Virus record (IMG/VR): IMGVR_UViG_2917886563_000005
Direction: 5' to 3' (one strand)
Length of the DNA stretch: 38,089 nucleotides
From: a virus
Taxonomy: Duplodnaviria > Heunggongvirae > Uroviricota > Caudoviricetes
Shown here piece after piece: positions 31,328 to 38,089 of the stretch. The notes beneath the pieces are model-generated. The model had not been told where the DNA came from and ran no database searches. It was given only the letters and a program-made list of their open reading frames with translations. The number at the start of each line of letters is the position of its first letter. Position 1 is the stretch's first letter. The position numbers and the translations under genes were made by a program.

Positions 31328-31393
31328 ATTAAAGAACACTTAAATTATCTATCAAAGGAATCTTAAGTCAAGTTTATTTAAGATGTCTTAACT
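31328..31393. promoter_or_regulatory. Right operator region: three 18-bp P22-type operators (31328..31345, 31351..31368, 31376..31393) overlapping divergent PR (-35 TTGACT at 31366..31371, minus strand) and PRM
   Basis: Each site fits nnnnAAGnnnnCTTnnnn; the third abuts the c2 start codon, consistent with a leaderless PRM transcript. Confidence 0.7.
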
Positions 31394-32044
31394 ATGAATA
31401 CACAACTGATGGGTGAGCGTATTCGCGCTCGCAGAAAAGAACTCAAAATTAGGCAGGCTGCCCTTGGCAAGATGGTTGGCGTGTCTAATGTTGCTATTTC
31501 CCAATGGGAGCGTTCTGAAACTGAGCCCAATGGCGAAAACCTATTGGCCTTAGCCAAGGCTTTGCAGTGCTCCCCTGATTACTTGTTGAAAGGAGAAGAT
31601 AGTCTTTCAAACATTGCCTATCACAGCAGGCATGATCCAAGAGGTTCGTATCCTCTAATTAGTTGGGTAAGCGCAGGATGTTGGATGGAAGCTGTAGAGC
31701 CATATCATAAGCGTGCAATAGATAACTGGTACGATACAACCGTAGATTGTTCAGAAGATTCGTTTTGGCTGGACGTAAAGGGTGATTCGATGACGGCTCC
31801 AGCCGGTCTCAGCATCCCCGAAGGAATGATAATACTCGTCGATCCTGAAGTAGAACCTCGTAACGGGAAGCTTGTAGTGGCAAAGCTCGAAGGAGAAAAC
31901 GAGGCAACTTTCAAGAAGTTAGTTATTGATGCAGGCAGAAAGTTTCTAAAACCACTTAACCCACAATATCCGATGATTGAGATCAACGGGAACTGCAAAA
32001 TCATCGGTGTAGTTGTCGATGCAAAAATAGCAAACCTTCCATAA
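31394..32044 (+). CDS. c2: C2 repressor (P22-type, LexA-like autocleaving), 216 aa
   Basis: MNTQLMGERIRARRKELKIRQAALGKMVGVSNVAISQWERSETEPNGENLLALAKALQCSPDYLL... matches recalled P22 C2. Confidence 0.9.
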   Translation: MNTQLMGERIRARRKELKIRQAALGKMVGVSNVAISQWERSETEPNGENLLALAKALQCSPDYLLKGEDSLSNIAYHSRHDPRGSYPLISWVSAGCWMEAVEPYHKRAIDNWYDTTVDCSEDSFWLDVKGDSMTAPAGLSIPEGMIILVDPEVEPRNGKLVVAKLEGENEATFKKLVIDAGRKFLKPLNPQYPMIEINGNCKIIGVVVDAKIANLP

Positions 32045-32064
32045 GGGGCATTCGCCCCTTTTTT
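32044..32064 (+). terminator. Intrinsic terminator immediately after c2
   Basis: ggggc-attc-gcccc followed by tttttt. Confidence 0.6.
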
Positions 32065-32107
32065 CTTTCCTTTAAAAATCAAAGCAAAACTTAAGTCCCA
32101 CAATAAA

Positions 32108-32160
32108 ATTTAAGTTTTCTTCAAAACACCCTTGACCATTAATTAAAGAAATCTTAAATT
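32108..32160 (+). promoter_or_regulatory. Left operator/promoter: two clear operators (32108..32125, 32142..32159) and PL (-35 TTGACC 32132..32137, -10 TAAATT 32155..32160)
   Basis: Operators fit nnnnAAGnnnnCTTnnnn; promoter hexamers separated by 17 bp. Confidence 0.6.
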
Positions 32161-32206
32161 TAAGCCATCAGCAGGACGCTGGTAGCCAAACGGAACAGAT
32201 TGGCAG

Positions 32207-32247
32207 GCTCTTTAACATTGATGGGATTGTCCCGCCGAAATGCGGGA
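32207..32247 (+). promoter_or_regulatory. nutL: boxA (GCTCTTTAACA, 32207..32217) and boxB hairpin (32230..32247)
   Basis: boxB ucccgc-cgaaau-gcggga has the same sequence as the nutR boxB. Confidence 0.6.
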
Positions 32248-32361
32248 ACCAAAGAGTAGTTGGCTTTGGGGTGATGTGAAGTGCAGCAGCGCGACAGCAT
32301 CAGGGAGTTAACCTCCCTCCCCCCGTCACGTCACCGCTAAAGTCAATCATCGGAGGTCAAC

Positions 32362-32661
32362 ATGACAGTAGTCATTACATATCTGGCTGACGATAACGCC
32401 AGAAATCGCCGCAGAGCACGCAGACAGGCTCAACGTGAACAGGCAATGAATGAACAGCGACTGGCGCGGAAGATTGCGCTAAAGCTCTCTGGTTGCGTCA
32501 GAGCAGACAAAGCAGCATCACTTGGCAGCCTTCTCTGCAAGAAGGCAGATGAAGTCGAGCGTAAACAGAACCGTATTTACTACCGCAAGCCACGCAGCGA
32601 AATGGGTGTGACTTGTGTTGGTCGCCAGAAAATGAAATTAGGCAGCAAACCACTTATTTGA
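32362..32661 (+). CDS. N-like transcription antiterminator with arginine-rich motif, 99 aa
   Basis: N-terminal ARM DNARNRRRARRQAQREQ; first gene after PL/nutL; GGAGGT RBS; recalled as resembling phage 21 N. Confidence 0.7.
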   Translation: MTVVITYLADDNARNRRRARRQAQREQAMNEQRLARKIALKLSGCVRADKAASLGSLLCKKADEVERKQNRIYYRKPRSEMGVTCVGRQKMKLGSKPLI

Positions 32662-32669
32662 GGTGATAT

Positions 32670-32756
32670 ATGGAAGAAGAATTTGAAGAGTTCGAAGAGC
32701 ATCCGCAGGATGTGATGGAACAATACCAGGACTATCCGTATGACTACGACTATTGA
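32670..32756 (+). CDS. Tiny acidic 28-aa ORF (MEEEFEEFEEHPQDVMEQYQDYPYDYDY), not in the ORF track; speculative
   Basis: ATG 32670 preceded by GAGGTGA; overlaps ral start by 17 nt. Confidence 0.3.
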   Translation: MEEEFEEFEEHPQDVMEQYQDYPYDYDY

Positions 32757-32940
32757 TAAAAATCAATGGTGTGGACAATTCAAGCGATGCAATGGATGCA
32801 AGCTGCAATCGGAATGCATGGTTAAGCCTGAAGAAATGTTTCCTGTAATGGAGGATGGGAAATATGTCGATAAATGGGCAATACGAACGACGGCAATGAT
32901 TGCCAGAGAACTTGGTAAACAGAATAACAAGGCTGCCTGA
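32740..32940 (+). CDS. ral: Ral restriction-alleviation protein, 66 aa
   Basis: MTTTIDKNQWCGQFKRCNGCKLQSECMVKPEEMFPVMEDGKYVDKW... matches recalled lambda Ral. Confidence 0.8.
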   Translation: MTTTIDKNQWCGQFKRCNGCKLQSECMVKPEEMFPVMEDGKYVDKWAIRTTAMIARELGKQNNKAA

Positions 32941-33074
32941 TGGTGGCCTTTATTTTTGGCATAAACAACAGAATAAACACTGCACTGTGTATTCATTCCA
33001 ACGAGTGCATACACGGAGCAATGTCGCTCGTAACTAAACAGGAGCCGACTTGTTCTGATTATTGGAAATCTTCT

Positions 33075-33103
33075 TTGCCCTCCAATGTGAGGGCAATTTT
33101 TTT
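33075..33103 (+). terminator. Intrinsic terminator in the early-left operon (tL-like)
   Basis: ttgccctc-caatgt-gagggcaa followed by ttttttt. Confidence 0.6.
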
Positions 33104-33116
33104 GACGGAGTGAACG

Positions 33117-33365
33117 ATGATAAAAACTGATTATCCTGCAGAGCTTAAACAAAAAGTAATAACAGCAATTAAATGCTCTTTTATCTCATGTCGTACAGAT
33201 GAAGAACGATATGTCGTTGAGTGTGCAATTGTCGAGTTTCTCACAGCGATGGAATTTACCGCAGCAGAATCAATAGACGTATTAAAGCAATCGGACGGAA
33301 ATGATATTGAAACAGATGATGTTATTGACCGACTAATAAAATCATTCGAAGAAGAAATAGAGTAG
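33117..33365 (+). CDS. Hypothetical acidic 82-aa protein
   Basis: ORF with GGAG upstream; no recognised domain. Confidence 0.45.
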   Translation: MIKTDYPAELKQKVITAIKCSFISCRTDEERYVVECAIVEFLTAMEFTAAESIDVLKQSDGNDIETDDVIDRLIKSFEEEIE

Positions 33366-33448
33366 CCGCCTGAGCGCGGCTTTACCGCATACCAATAATG
33401 CTTCACGAGAGGCATTTTCGTTATGCAATCAAATATAAGGAGTTACCC

Positions 33449-33583
33449 ATGATGCACTTTCAGCTCGCGGGTAGCGGCGTCATGTCCGCTTTCTACCCGC
33501 ACGAATCTGAATTATCACGCCGAGTTAAACAATTAATCAGAGCAGCAAAGAAACAACTGGAGGCGTTATGCGCAATGAAATAG
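33449..33583 (+). CDS. CIII-like small protein (44 aa from ATG 33449)
   Basis: AAGGAG 6 nt upstream; central helix ESELSRRVKQLIRAAKKQL resembles the lambda CIII core by recollection. Confidence 0.5.
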   Translation: MMHFQLAGSGVMSAFYPHESELSRRVKQLIRAAKKQLEALCAMK

Positions 33584-33720
33584 CCATTAATCACCAGATG
33601 CTTCGTGCTGCACAAAACAAAGCAGTAATAGCCAGATTTATTGGTGATTCCAAAATGTGGCTTGAAGCAAATAAAGCGATGAAATCAGCTATCAACCTTC
33701 CATGGTATCGCAGGAAATGA
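33568..33720 (+). CDS. Kil-like small protein (50 aa), not in the ORF track
   Basis: ...ARFIGDSKMWLEA... resembles the lambda Kil FIGD-KM motif as recalled; located between cIII-like gene and recombination genes. Confidence 0.4.
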   Translation: MRNEIAINHQMLRAAQNKAVIARFIGDSKMWLEANKAMKSAINLPWYRRK

Positions 33721-33824
33721 GTTTTACAGATAACTGGTCAGACGAAGAATTCATTCGTCAGATGAACAAAATGCTCAATCAGCACAAAGAACAGGAGAAA
33801 GATGATGATTCTGACTCTGAATGA
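33717..33824 (+). CDS. Possible 35-aa ORF (ATGA-coupled), speculative
   Basis: ATG overlaps the upstream stop; acidic C-terminus; overlaps the next gene by 23 nt. Confidence 0.25.
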   Translation: MSFTDNWSDEEFIRQMNKMLNQHKEQEKDDDSDSE

Positions 33825-34113
33825 TAAGCGTGAAATATCGCAAATAATCGCAAGTTTTACTGATGAAGATTACGAACGAATCAACAGTGAAGTTGATCGC
33901 CTCTGCAAACGTTGCGACCCAATAAGCGAAATGCTTCGCTCATATAAACCAGATGAACACACTAAGGACGCTATCGACTGGCTGGAAGATGATGACTGTA
34001 ACTATCAGGAAAAAGCCGCTGAATGGTTCTGGGATGCAATAACCGAAAGAGTTAAGGCTGAATATGCCTTCGCAATATTCAAACGCAGACACATTTATGG
34101 AGAAGCAGCATGA
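33802..34113 (+). CDS. Hypothetical 103-aa protein upstream of recT
   Basis: AGGAG RBS; translationally coupled to recT (ATGA overlap). Confidence 0.5.
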   Translation: MMILTLNDKREISQIIASFTDEDYERINSEVDRLCKRCDPISEMLRSYKPDEHTKDAIDWLEDDDCNYQEKAAEWFWDAITERVKAEYAFAIFKRRHIYGEAA

Positions 34114-35012
34114 GCAATATCGTTGAATTCGTTAAACAGCAGGAGCAGTTATTCTGCGGAGCATTGACTGAACAGACGGTGACATGGGCTAAGGAAAGCC
34201 AGTTTGCAATTCAGTATTTCCAGAAAAACGATTACCTGGCTAAAACAGCACTGGCAAACCCAACCAGCGCACAGAACGCCATCATCAATGTTGCGGCGAT
34301 CGGCATCACCTTAAACCCGGCCAGCAAACTTGCTTATCTAGTTCCGCGCGACGGCATGGTTTGCCTTGATATCAGCTATATGGGATTACTTCACCTTGCG
34401 CAATCGACAGGTTCAATTAAGTGGGGGCAATGCAAACTGGTGTACTCAAACGACACCTATGAATCAAATGGCCTTGATTCAGCACCAACCCACAAATACA
34501 ACGCATTTGGTGAGCGAGGCTCTATTGTTGGTGGTTATTGCACGGTTAAAACAGCAGATGGTGACTACCTGACTGAAGAAATGAGTCTGGCAGAAATTAA
34601 AGCAGTGGAAGCAACGAGCAAGGCAAAGAATGGACCGTGGAAAACATTCTGGGAAGAGATGGCGCGTAAAACAATAGTTAAACGCGCCAGCAAATACTGG
34701 CCTAAAGCCCAGCGACTGGATAATGCCATTCACCTGCTTAACGAAGATGAAGGTATGCATCAGGAACCAGTTATGCCGCAGAAATCAGAGGAAGATATCC
34801 ACGAAGATGAACGGAAACGCCAGCAGGAAATAACGGATAAAGCACAACTTCTTTGTGATGAAATGGCCCAGGCTGAAAACATGGATGATTTGAAGCGATA
34901 TTTTGCAGAAGCATATCGCCTGACATCTGGAATGAAATTGCAGCAGAACGTACAAGCCATTTACATAGAATGCAAAGCGAAACTGGAGGTTGCCAGTGAG
35001 CAAACTATATGA
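34110..35012 (+). CDS. recT: RecT-family single-strand annealing protein, 300 aa
   Basis: ...NGPWKTFWEEMARKTIVKRASKYWP... matches the conserved RecT motif. Confidence 0.8.
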   Translation: MSNIVEFVKQQEQLFCGALTEQTVTWAKESQFAIQYFQKNDYLAKTALANPTSAQNAIINVAAIGITLNPASKLAYLVPRDGMVCLDISYMGLLHLAQSTGSIKWGQCKLVYSNDTYESNGLDSAPTHKYNAFGERGSIVGGYCTVKTADGDYLTEEMSLAEIKAVEATSKAKNGPWKTFWEEMARKTIVKRASKYWPKAQRLDNAIHLLNEDEGMHQEPVMPQKSEEDIHEDERKRQQEITDKAQLLCDEMAQAENMDDLKRYFAEAYRLTSGMKLQQNVQAIYIECKAKLEVASEQTI

Positions 35013-35478
35013 AATAGCCAATGAATACGCAAAATTGATGGATTCAGATTTAGAGCCAGAGATGATTGCTGACACAATAGAAGGCATGGAAGGAGAATTT
35101 ACCGATAAAATAGAGCAACTTCTCGCCATTATTAAAAATGAATCTGGTTATGCTGAACGCCTCAAGGACGAGGCAAAGTCACTGAATGAACGAGCCGCAG
35201 TAATTCAAAATAAGATTGACAGCATTATGGCGTATATAGCGTCATCGCTTGAAATGGTTGGCAAGAAAAAGATTCGAGCAGGTATCCACCAGGTAACAAT
35301 CCGCAAACCGTCAGAAACTGTAGAAATCATCGACTCAAGCGCCCTTCCTCAAGAATACGTTGAGTTTGAAACGACAATTAAAGCCGACAAACTGGCAATC
35401 AAACACCAACTAAAAGCAGGAATAAATATCCCCGGCGCTCAACTCAAAGTTGGGAAACCTTCACTTCTTATCAAATAA
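34996..35478 (+). CDS. Hypothetical 160-aa coiled-coil protein downstream of recT; possibly Gp157-like
   Basis: GTG 34996 with GGAGG 6 nt upstream; family assignment is from memory only. Confidence 0.45.
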   Translation: MSKLYEIANEYAKLMDSDLEPEMIADTIEGMEGEFTDKIEQLLAIIKNESGYAERLKDEAKSLNERAAVIQNKIDSIMAYIASSLEMVGKKKIRAGIHQVTIRKPSETVEIIDSSALPQEYVEFETTIKADKLAIKHQLKAGINIPGAQLKVGKPSLLIK

Positions 35479-35489
35479 CGGTATCGCCT

Positions 35490-35804
35490 ATGAAAAAGAC
35501 TCCATGGGAGAAATGGGAAGTCGATTTCTTGCGCGAAGTAGCGGCGACAATGCCAGTTGAAGTTATCGCTGAAAAACTGGAAAGGACTGAAAAAGCAGTA
35601 ATGGCGAAAGCAACAAGGATTGGCGCTGACATTGTTAGCCGACTTCGTGGAAGACGATGGACAAGAGCCGAAGTATCACTTTTCGGTAAGTTCTCCGCAG
35701 AAGAAATAGCAATTGCAACCTGCCGCTCAATTTATTCAGTAAGGGCTATGCGATACAAGCTAAAAAAACTCGATGAAAAAAGAGCAGGCATACAAATAAA
35801 TTAA
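35490..35804 (+). CDS. Hypothetical 104-aa protein with two internal ~40-aa repeats (possible tandem HTH-like modules)
   Basis: Repeats WEKWEVDFLREV...IAEKLERTEKAV and RRWTRAEVSLFGKFSAEEIAIATCRSIYSV seen in translation. Confidence 0.45.
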   Translation: MKKTPWEKWEVDFLREVAATMPVEVIAEKLERTEKAVMAKATRIGADIVSRLRGRRWTRAEVSLFGKFSAEEIAIATCRSIYSVRAMRYKLKKLDEKRAGIQIN

Positions 35805-35820
35805 CATGGAGTAATTAACA

Positions 35821-36102
35821 ATGAAGCTAAACATCGACCTCGGTAAATACGTTATTACTGGAACAAAACACGACCTGATTCTTAATGAAAGAGGAATTAT
35901 CAAAGAAGGTGAGAATGCAGGGAAAGAAACACTAAGCCGTATCGGTTATTACAGCAAGTTTGAGCATCTGGTCAAAGAGTTATGCAACCGTGAAATCCTG
36001 TTATCTCAGGCGCAGACGCTACAGGATATTCAGCAGCATATCGAAACTTTAGGTATGTCACTTAGCATGGCTATTGACCAGTTCGTGGAGAGTAAATCAT
36101 GA
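35821..36102 (+). CDS. Hypothetical 93-aa protein
   Basis: ORF in operon orientation; no recognised domain. Confidence 0.45.
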   Translation: MKLNIDLGKYVITGTKHDLILNERGIIKEGENAGKETLSRIGYYSKFEHLVKELCNREILLSQAQTLQDIQQHIETLGMSLSMAIDQFVESKS

Positions 36103-36266
36103 GAGGACTTGCATACAATCCCGGCATTCTTCCAGCAGAAATGATTATTCGCCAACGCGTAAAGCCAATGCCATCGAGAGAGGAATTACTTAAGCGAAAC
36201 TCGTTTCCATCAGTGAATCAAAACAAACATCTGAATGCGATGTGGCGCAAAGGAGGCGACCAGTGA
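36099..36266 (+). CDS. Small 55-aa ORF, ATGA-coupled upstream and GTGA-coupled downstream; not in the ORF track
   Basis: ATG 36099 with GGAGAG upstream. Confidence 0.35.
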   Translation: MRGLAYNPGILPAEMIIRQRVKPMPSREELLKRNSFPSVNQNKHLNAMWRKGGDQ

Positions 36267-36775
36267 GCAAGATTGACTATCAGGCACTGCGTGAAGAATT
36301 TCAATACATGCAGGAGCATTACAGCGATCCTGCGGATCGTGAAAAACAGGAACTTTATATTTACGCAGAAACGTTGCTGTATGAACTGGATAAAAGCCAG
36401 CAATACATAAAACGCCGCGACCAGGAGAACGAGGATATTGCGCTAACGGTTGGGAGGCTGCGTGTTGAGCTGGAAGCAGCAAAAAAGCGCATAGCAGAAC
36501 TGGAAGCCGAACCTGTAAGCCAAACTTACAAGTTGCACGAGCTGTCGGGCAGCTCTCCGGTAACTCCGGATGGTTGGATAAGCTGTAGTCAGCGAATGCC
36601 TGATGATGGTCAGCACGTAATTATTTTATGTGATGGTGCATTCGTTCTTTATGCGCAATATCGAGACGGTGAGTTTTTTGATGTCGTCCGCAATGGTGAG
36701 GAGTTCTTCGAAACGCAGAGCCGCAATGTAACCCACTGGATGCCGCTACCAGAACCGCCGCAGGAGGTGAAATGA
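36263..36775 (+). CDS. DUF551-like protein with N-terminal coiled coil, 170 aa (GTG start at 36263)
   Basis: AGGAGG 6 nt upstream of GTG; C-terminal ...[11 protein letters not shown]... typical of DUF551 prophage proteins. Confidence 0.55.
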   Translation: MSKIDYQALREEFQYMQEHYSDPADREKQELYIYAETLLYELDKSQQYIKRRDQENEDIALTVGRLRVELEAAKKRIAELEAEPVSQTYKLHELSGSSPVTPDGWISCSQRMPDDGQHVIILCDGAFVLYAQYRDGEFFDVVRNGEEFFETQSRNVTHWMPLPEPPQEVK

Positions 36776-37059
36776 TGGACTCCTTTGCAAAATATACGAT
36801 TATTGACTGGATGGCCTTCCTTCAGGTTTTGCTCATCTGGTTTTATATGGCTTACAGGAGTGGGCAGTGGATTGTCAACGTGGCCTGTAGCAAGGGATGG
36901 CGTTGGTGGAACCGAAAGAATAAAAAAGCACTGGCCTTGGATTCGTTTTACGAAGCATTCAATCTCAACAGTCTTCAGCCTGGTTCTGCCATTGTAGTCA
37001 CCACTCAAAGCGGCATGACAATACAAATTCACAAGCCAAAGGAGGAAGGTCGTGGCTAA
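36772..37059 (+). CDS. Hypothetical 95-aa protein with hydrophobic N-terminal segment
   Basis: ATGA-coupled ORF; Trp/Phe-rich N-terminus. Confidence 0.4.
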   Translation: MMDSFAKYTIIDWMAFLQVLLIWFYMAYRSGQWIVNVACSKGWRWWNRKNKKALALDSFYEAFNLNSLQPGSAIVVTTQSGMTIQIHKPKEEGRG

Positions 37060-37336
37060 CCTGCAACTTGCCGTCAAAGGTGAATACTTCGATGCCATGA
37101 TTCGCGGGGAGAAAACGGAAGAGTATCGCCTGTGTAATGACTACTGGAATAAGCGAATCATGTTCCGGGAGTATGACCGCCTGATTATCACAAAGGGATA
37201 TCCGAAGCGCGACGATTCCAGTCGCAGAATTGATGTTCCGTATGACGGATATGAAGTGAAGACAATCACACATCCACACTTTGGCGATAAACCGGTAAAG
37301 GTGTTCGCTATAAAGGTGAATATCGGCAATGAATAA
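37052..37336 (+). CDS. ASCH/PUA-like small protein, 94 aa
   Basis: KGEYFDAMIRGEKTEEYR motif resembles ASCH-domain phage proteins. Confidence 0.5.
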   Translation: MANLQLAVKGEYFDAMIRGEKTEEYRLCNDYWNKRIMFREYDRLIITKGYPKRDDSSRRIDVPYDGYEVKTITHPHFGDKPVKVFAIKVNIGNE

Positions 37337-37408
37337 TAATCCTCGCACTCGAGGGGATTTCTTTTATCTGAACTCGCTACGGCGGGTTTTGTTTTATGGA
37401 GACAAGAA

Positions 37409-37753
37409 ATGTCAGATTTGGCTATGAAGATTTTGAAATGGCAATCGACTGGCGATGTCGGCATCAGTAGCGCAACTCTTGCCTCAATCGCATGTGGACT
37501 GAAAAAGAATATCTATGGTCATCACTTCGGCGCTCCACATGACGCAGCCGATTTCCGACGATGCGTTGCACTTGTTGAGCAGATTCCAGAAATCAGAGAT
37601 TCATTCGACAAGGTTGCAAAGCGCGTTCCGGCATTCAAAGGCATCCTCAACGAATGGGATTCCCTCGTTGCTCTGTTGAAGTCTGAAATGAAGATACACG
37701 GAAACAAAGCACCAGAGACTTACAGAAGAATTAGCGAACTACGCAAGGACTAA
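37409..37753 (+). CDS. Hypothetical 114-aa protein upstream of xis
   Basis: ORF in operon orientation; no recognised domain. Confidence 0.45.
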   Translation: MSDLAMKILKWQSTGDVGISSATLASIACGLKKNIYGHHFGAPHDAADFRRCVALVEQIPEIRDSFDKVAKRVPAFKGILNEWDSLVALLKSEMKIHGNKAPETYRRISELRKD

Positions 37754-37820
37754 CCATGGAATCACACAGCCTCAAACCCAATGAGGCCTGTTCATTTCTC
37801 AAGATATCCAGACCTACCAT

Positions 37821-37845
37821 CGCCGCATCAATGCGGTTTTTTTAT
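37821..37845 (+). terminator. Short hairpin plus T7 run upstream of the excisionase gene
   Basis: ccgca-tcaa-tgcgg followed by ttttttt. Confidence 0.45.
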
Positions 37846-37888
37846 TGCCTGATTTGCAGGTTCGATTCCCTATTCGGAGATAGCACTC

Positions 37889-38089
37889 ATGCAACATGAA
37901 CTACAGCCTGATTCACTGGTTGATTTGAAATTCATCATGGCTGATACTGGCTTCGGTAAAACCTTCATCTATGACCGTATTAAGTCCGGCGACCTGCCAA
38001 AAGCCAAAGTTATCCACGGGCGAGCAAGATGGTTATATCGTGACCATTGTGAATTCAAAAATAAGCTCTTAAGCCGCGCCGATGGGTAA
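37889..38089 (+). CDS. xis: Excisionase-like DNA-binding protein (AlpA/Xis-type HTH), 66 aa
   Basis: ...FIYDRIKSGDLPKAKVIHGRARWLYRDH... resembles AlpA-type excisionases; GGAGA RBS; last gene before the expected integrase. Confidence 0.6.
   Translation: MQHELQPDSLVDLKFIMADTGFGKTFIYDRIKSGDLPKAKVIHGRARWLYRDHCEFKNKLLSRADG

Noticed and set aside
32763-33152. 129-aa minus-strand ORF overlapping ral
   Set aside because: Antisense to a conserved gene and to the plus-strand terminator; Cys/His-rich low-complexity translation; no RBS.

Overview
This window is the bio-proximal (right) ~37.5 kb of a mosaic lambdoid/P22-like prophage integrated at the E. coli lambda attachment site, starting at the host gene ybhB (1..477). 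The lambda 15-bp att core sits in reverse orientation at 568..582, followed by a lambda-like P arm, so this junction is attR; an excisionase-like gene ends the window, and the integrase presumably lies just beyond it. Reading from attR: an AT-rich, foreign-looking cargo gene for a GT-A-fold glycosyltransferase-like protein (1041..2786) occupies the position where P22-like phages carry O-antigen conversion genes; then a P22-type tailspike, an orphan mnt, two lipoprotein genes (one split by an intact IS3-family element), and the P22-like ejection, tail, head and terminase genes on the minus strand with a P22-type pac site. Further on are a KilA-N gene, a lambda-type lysis cassette (S, R, Rz/Rz1), a pR'-like late promoter, lambda Q and nin genes, a DnaB-like helicase, an O-like initiator with ori iterons, the P22-type immunity region (c1, cro, OR, c2, OL/PL, nut sites, N-like gene), ral, cIII/kil-like small genes, recT and a run of small accessory genes. 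All homology calls are from reading the translations and recalling known phage proteins; no database search or computation was run. The most interesting candidates are the cargo glycosyltransferase-like gene, the lipoprotein pair at the superinfection-exclusion position, and a small (EP)6-repeat ORF inserted between coat and gp4.
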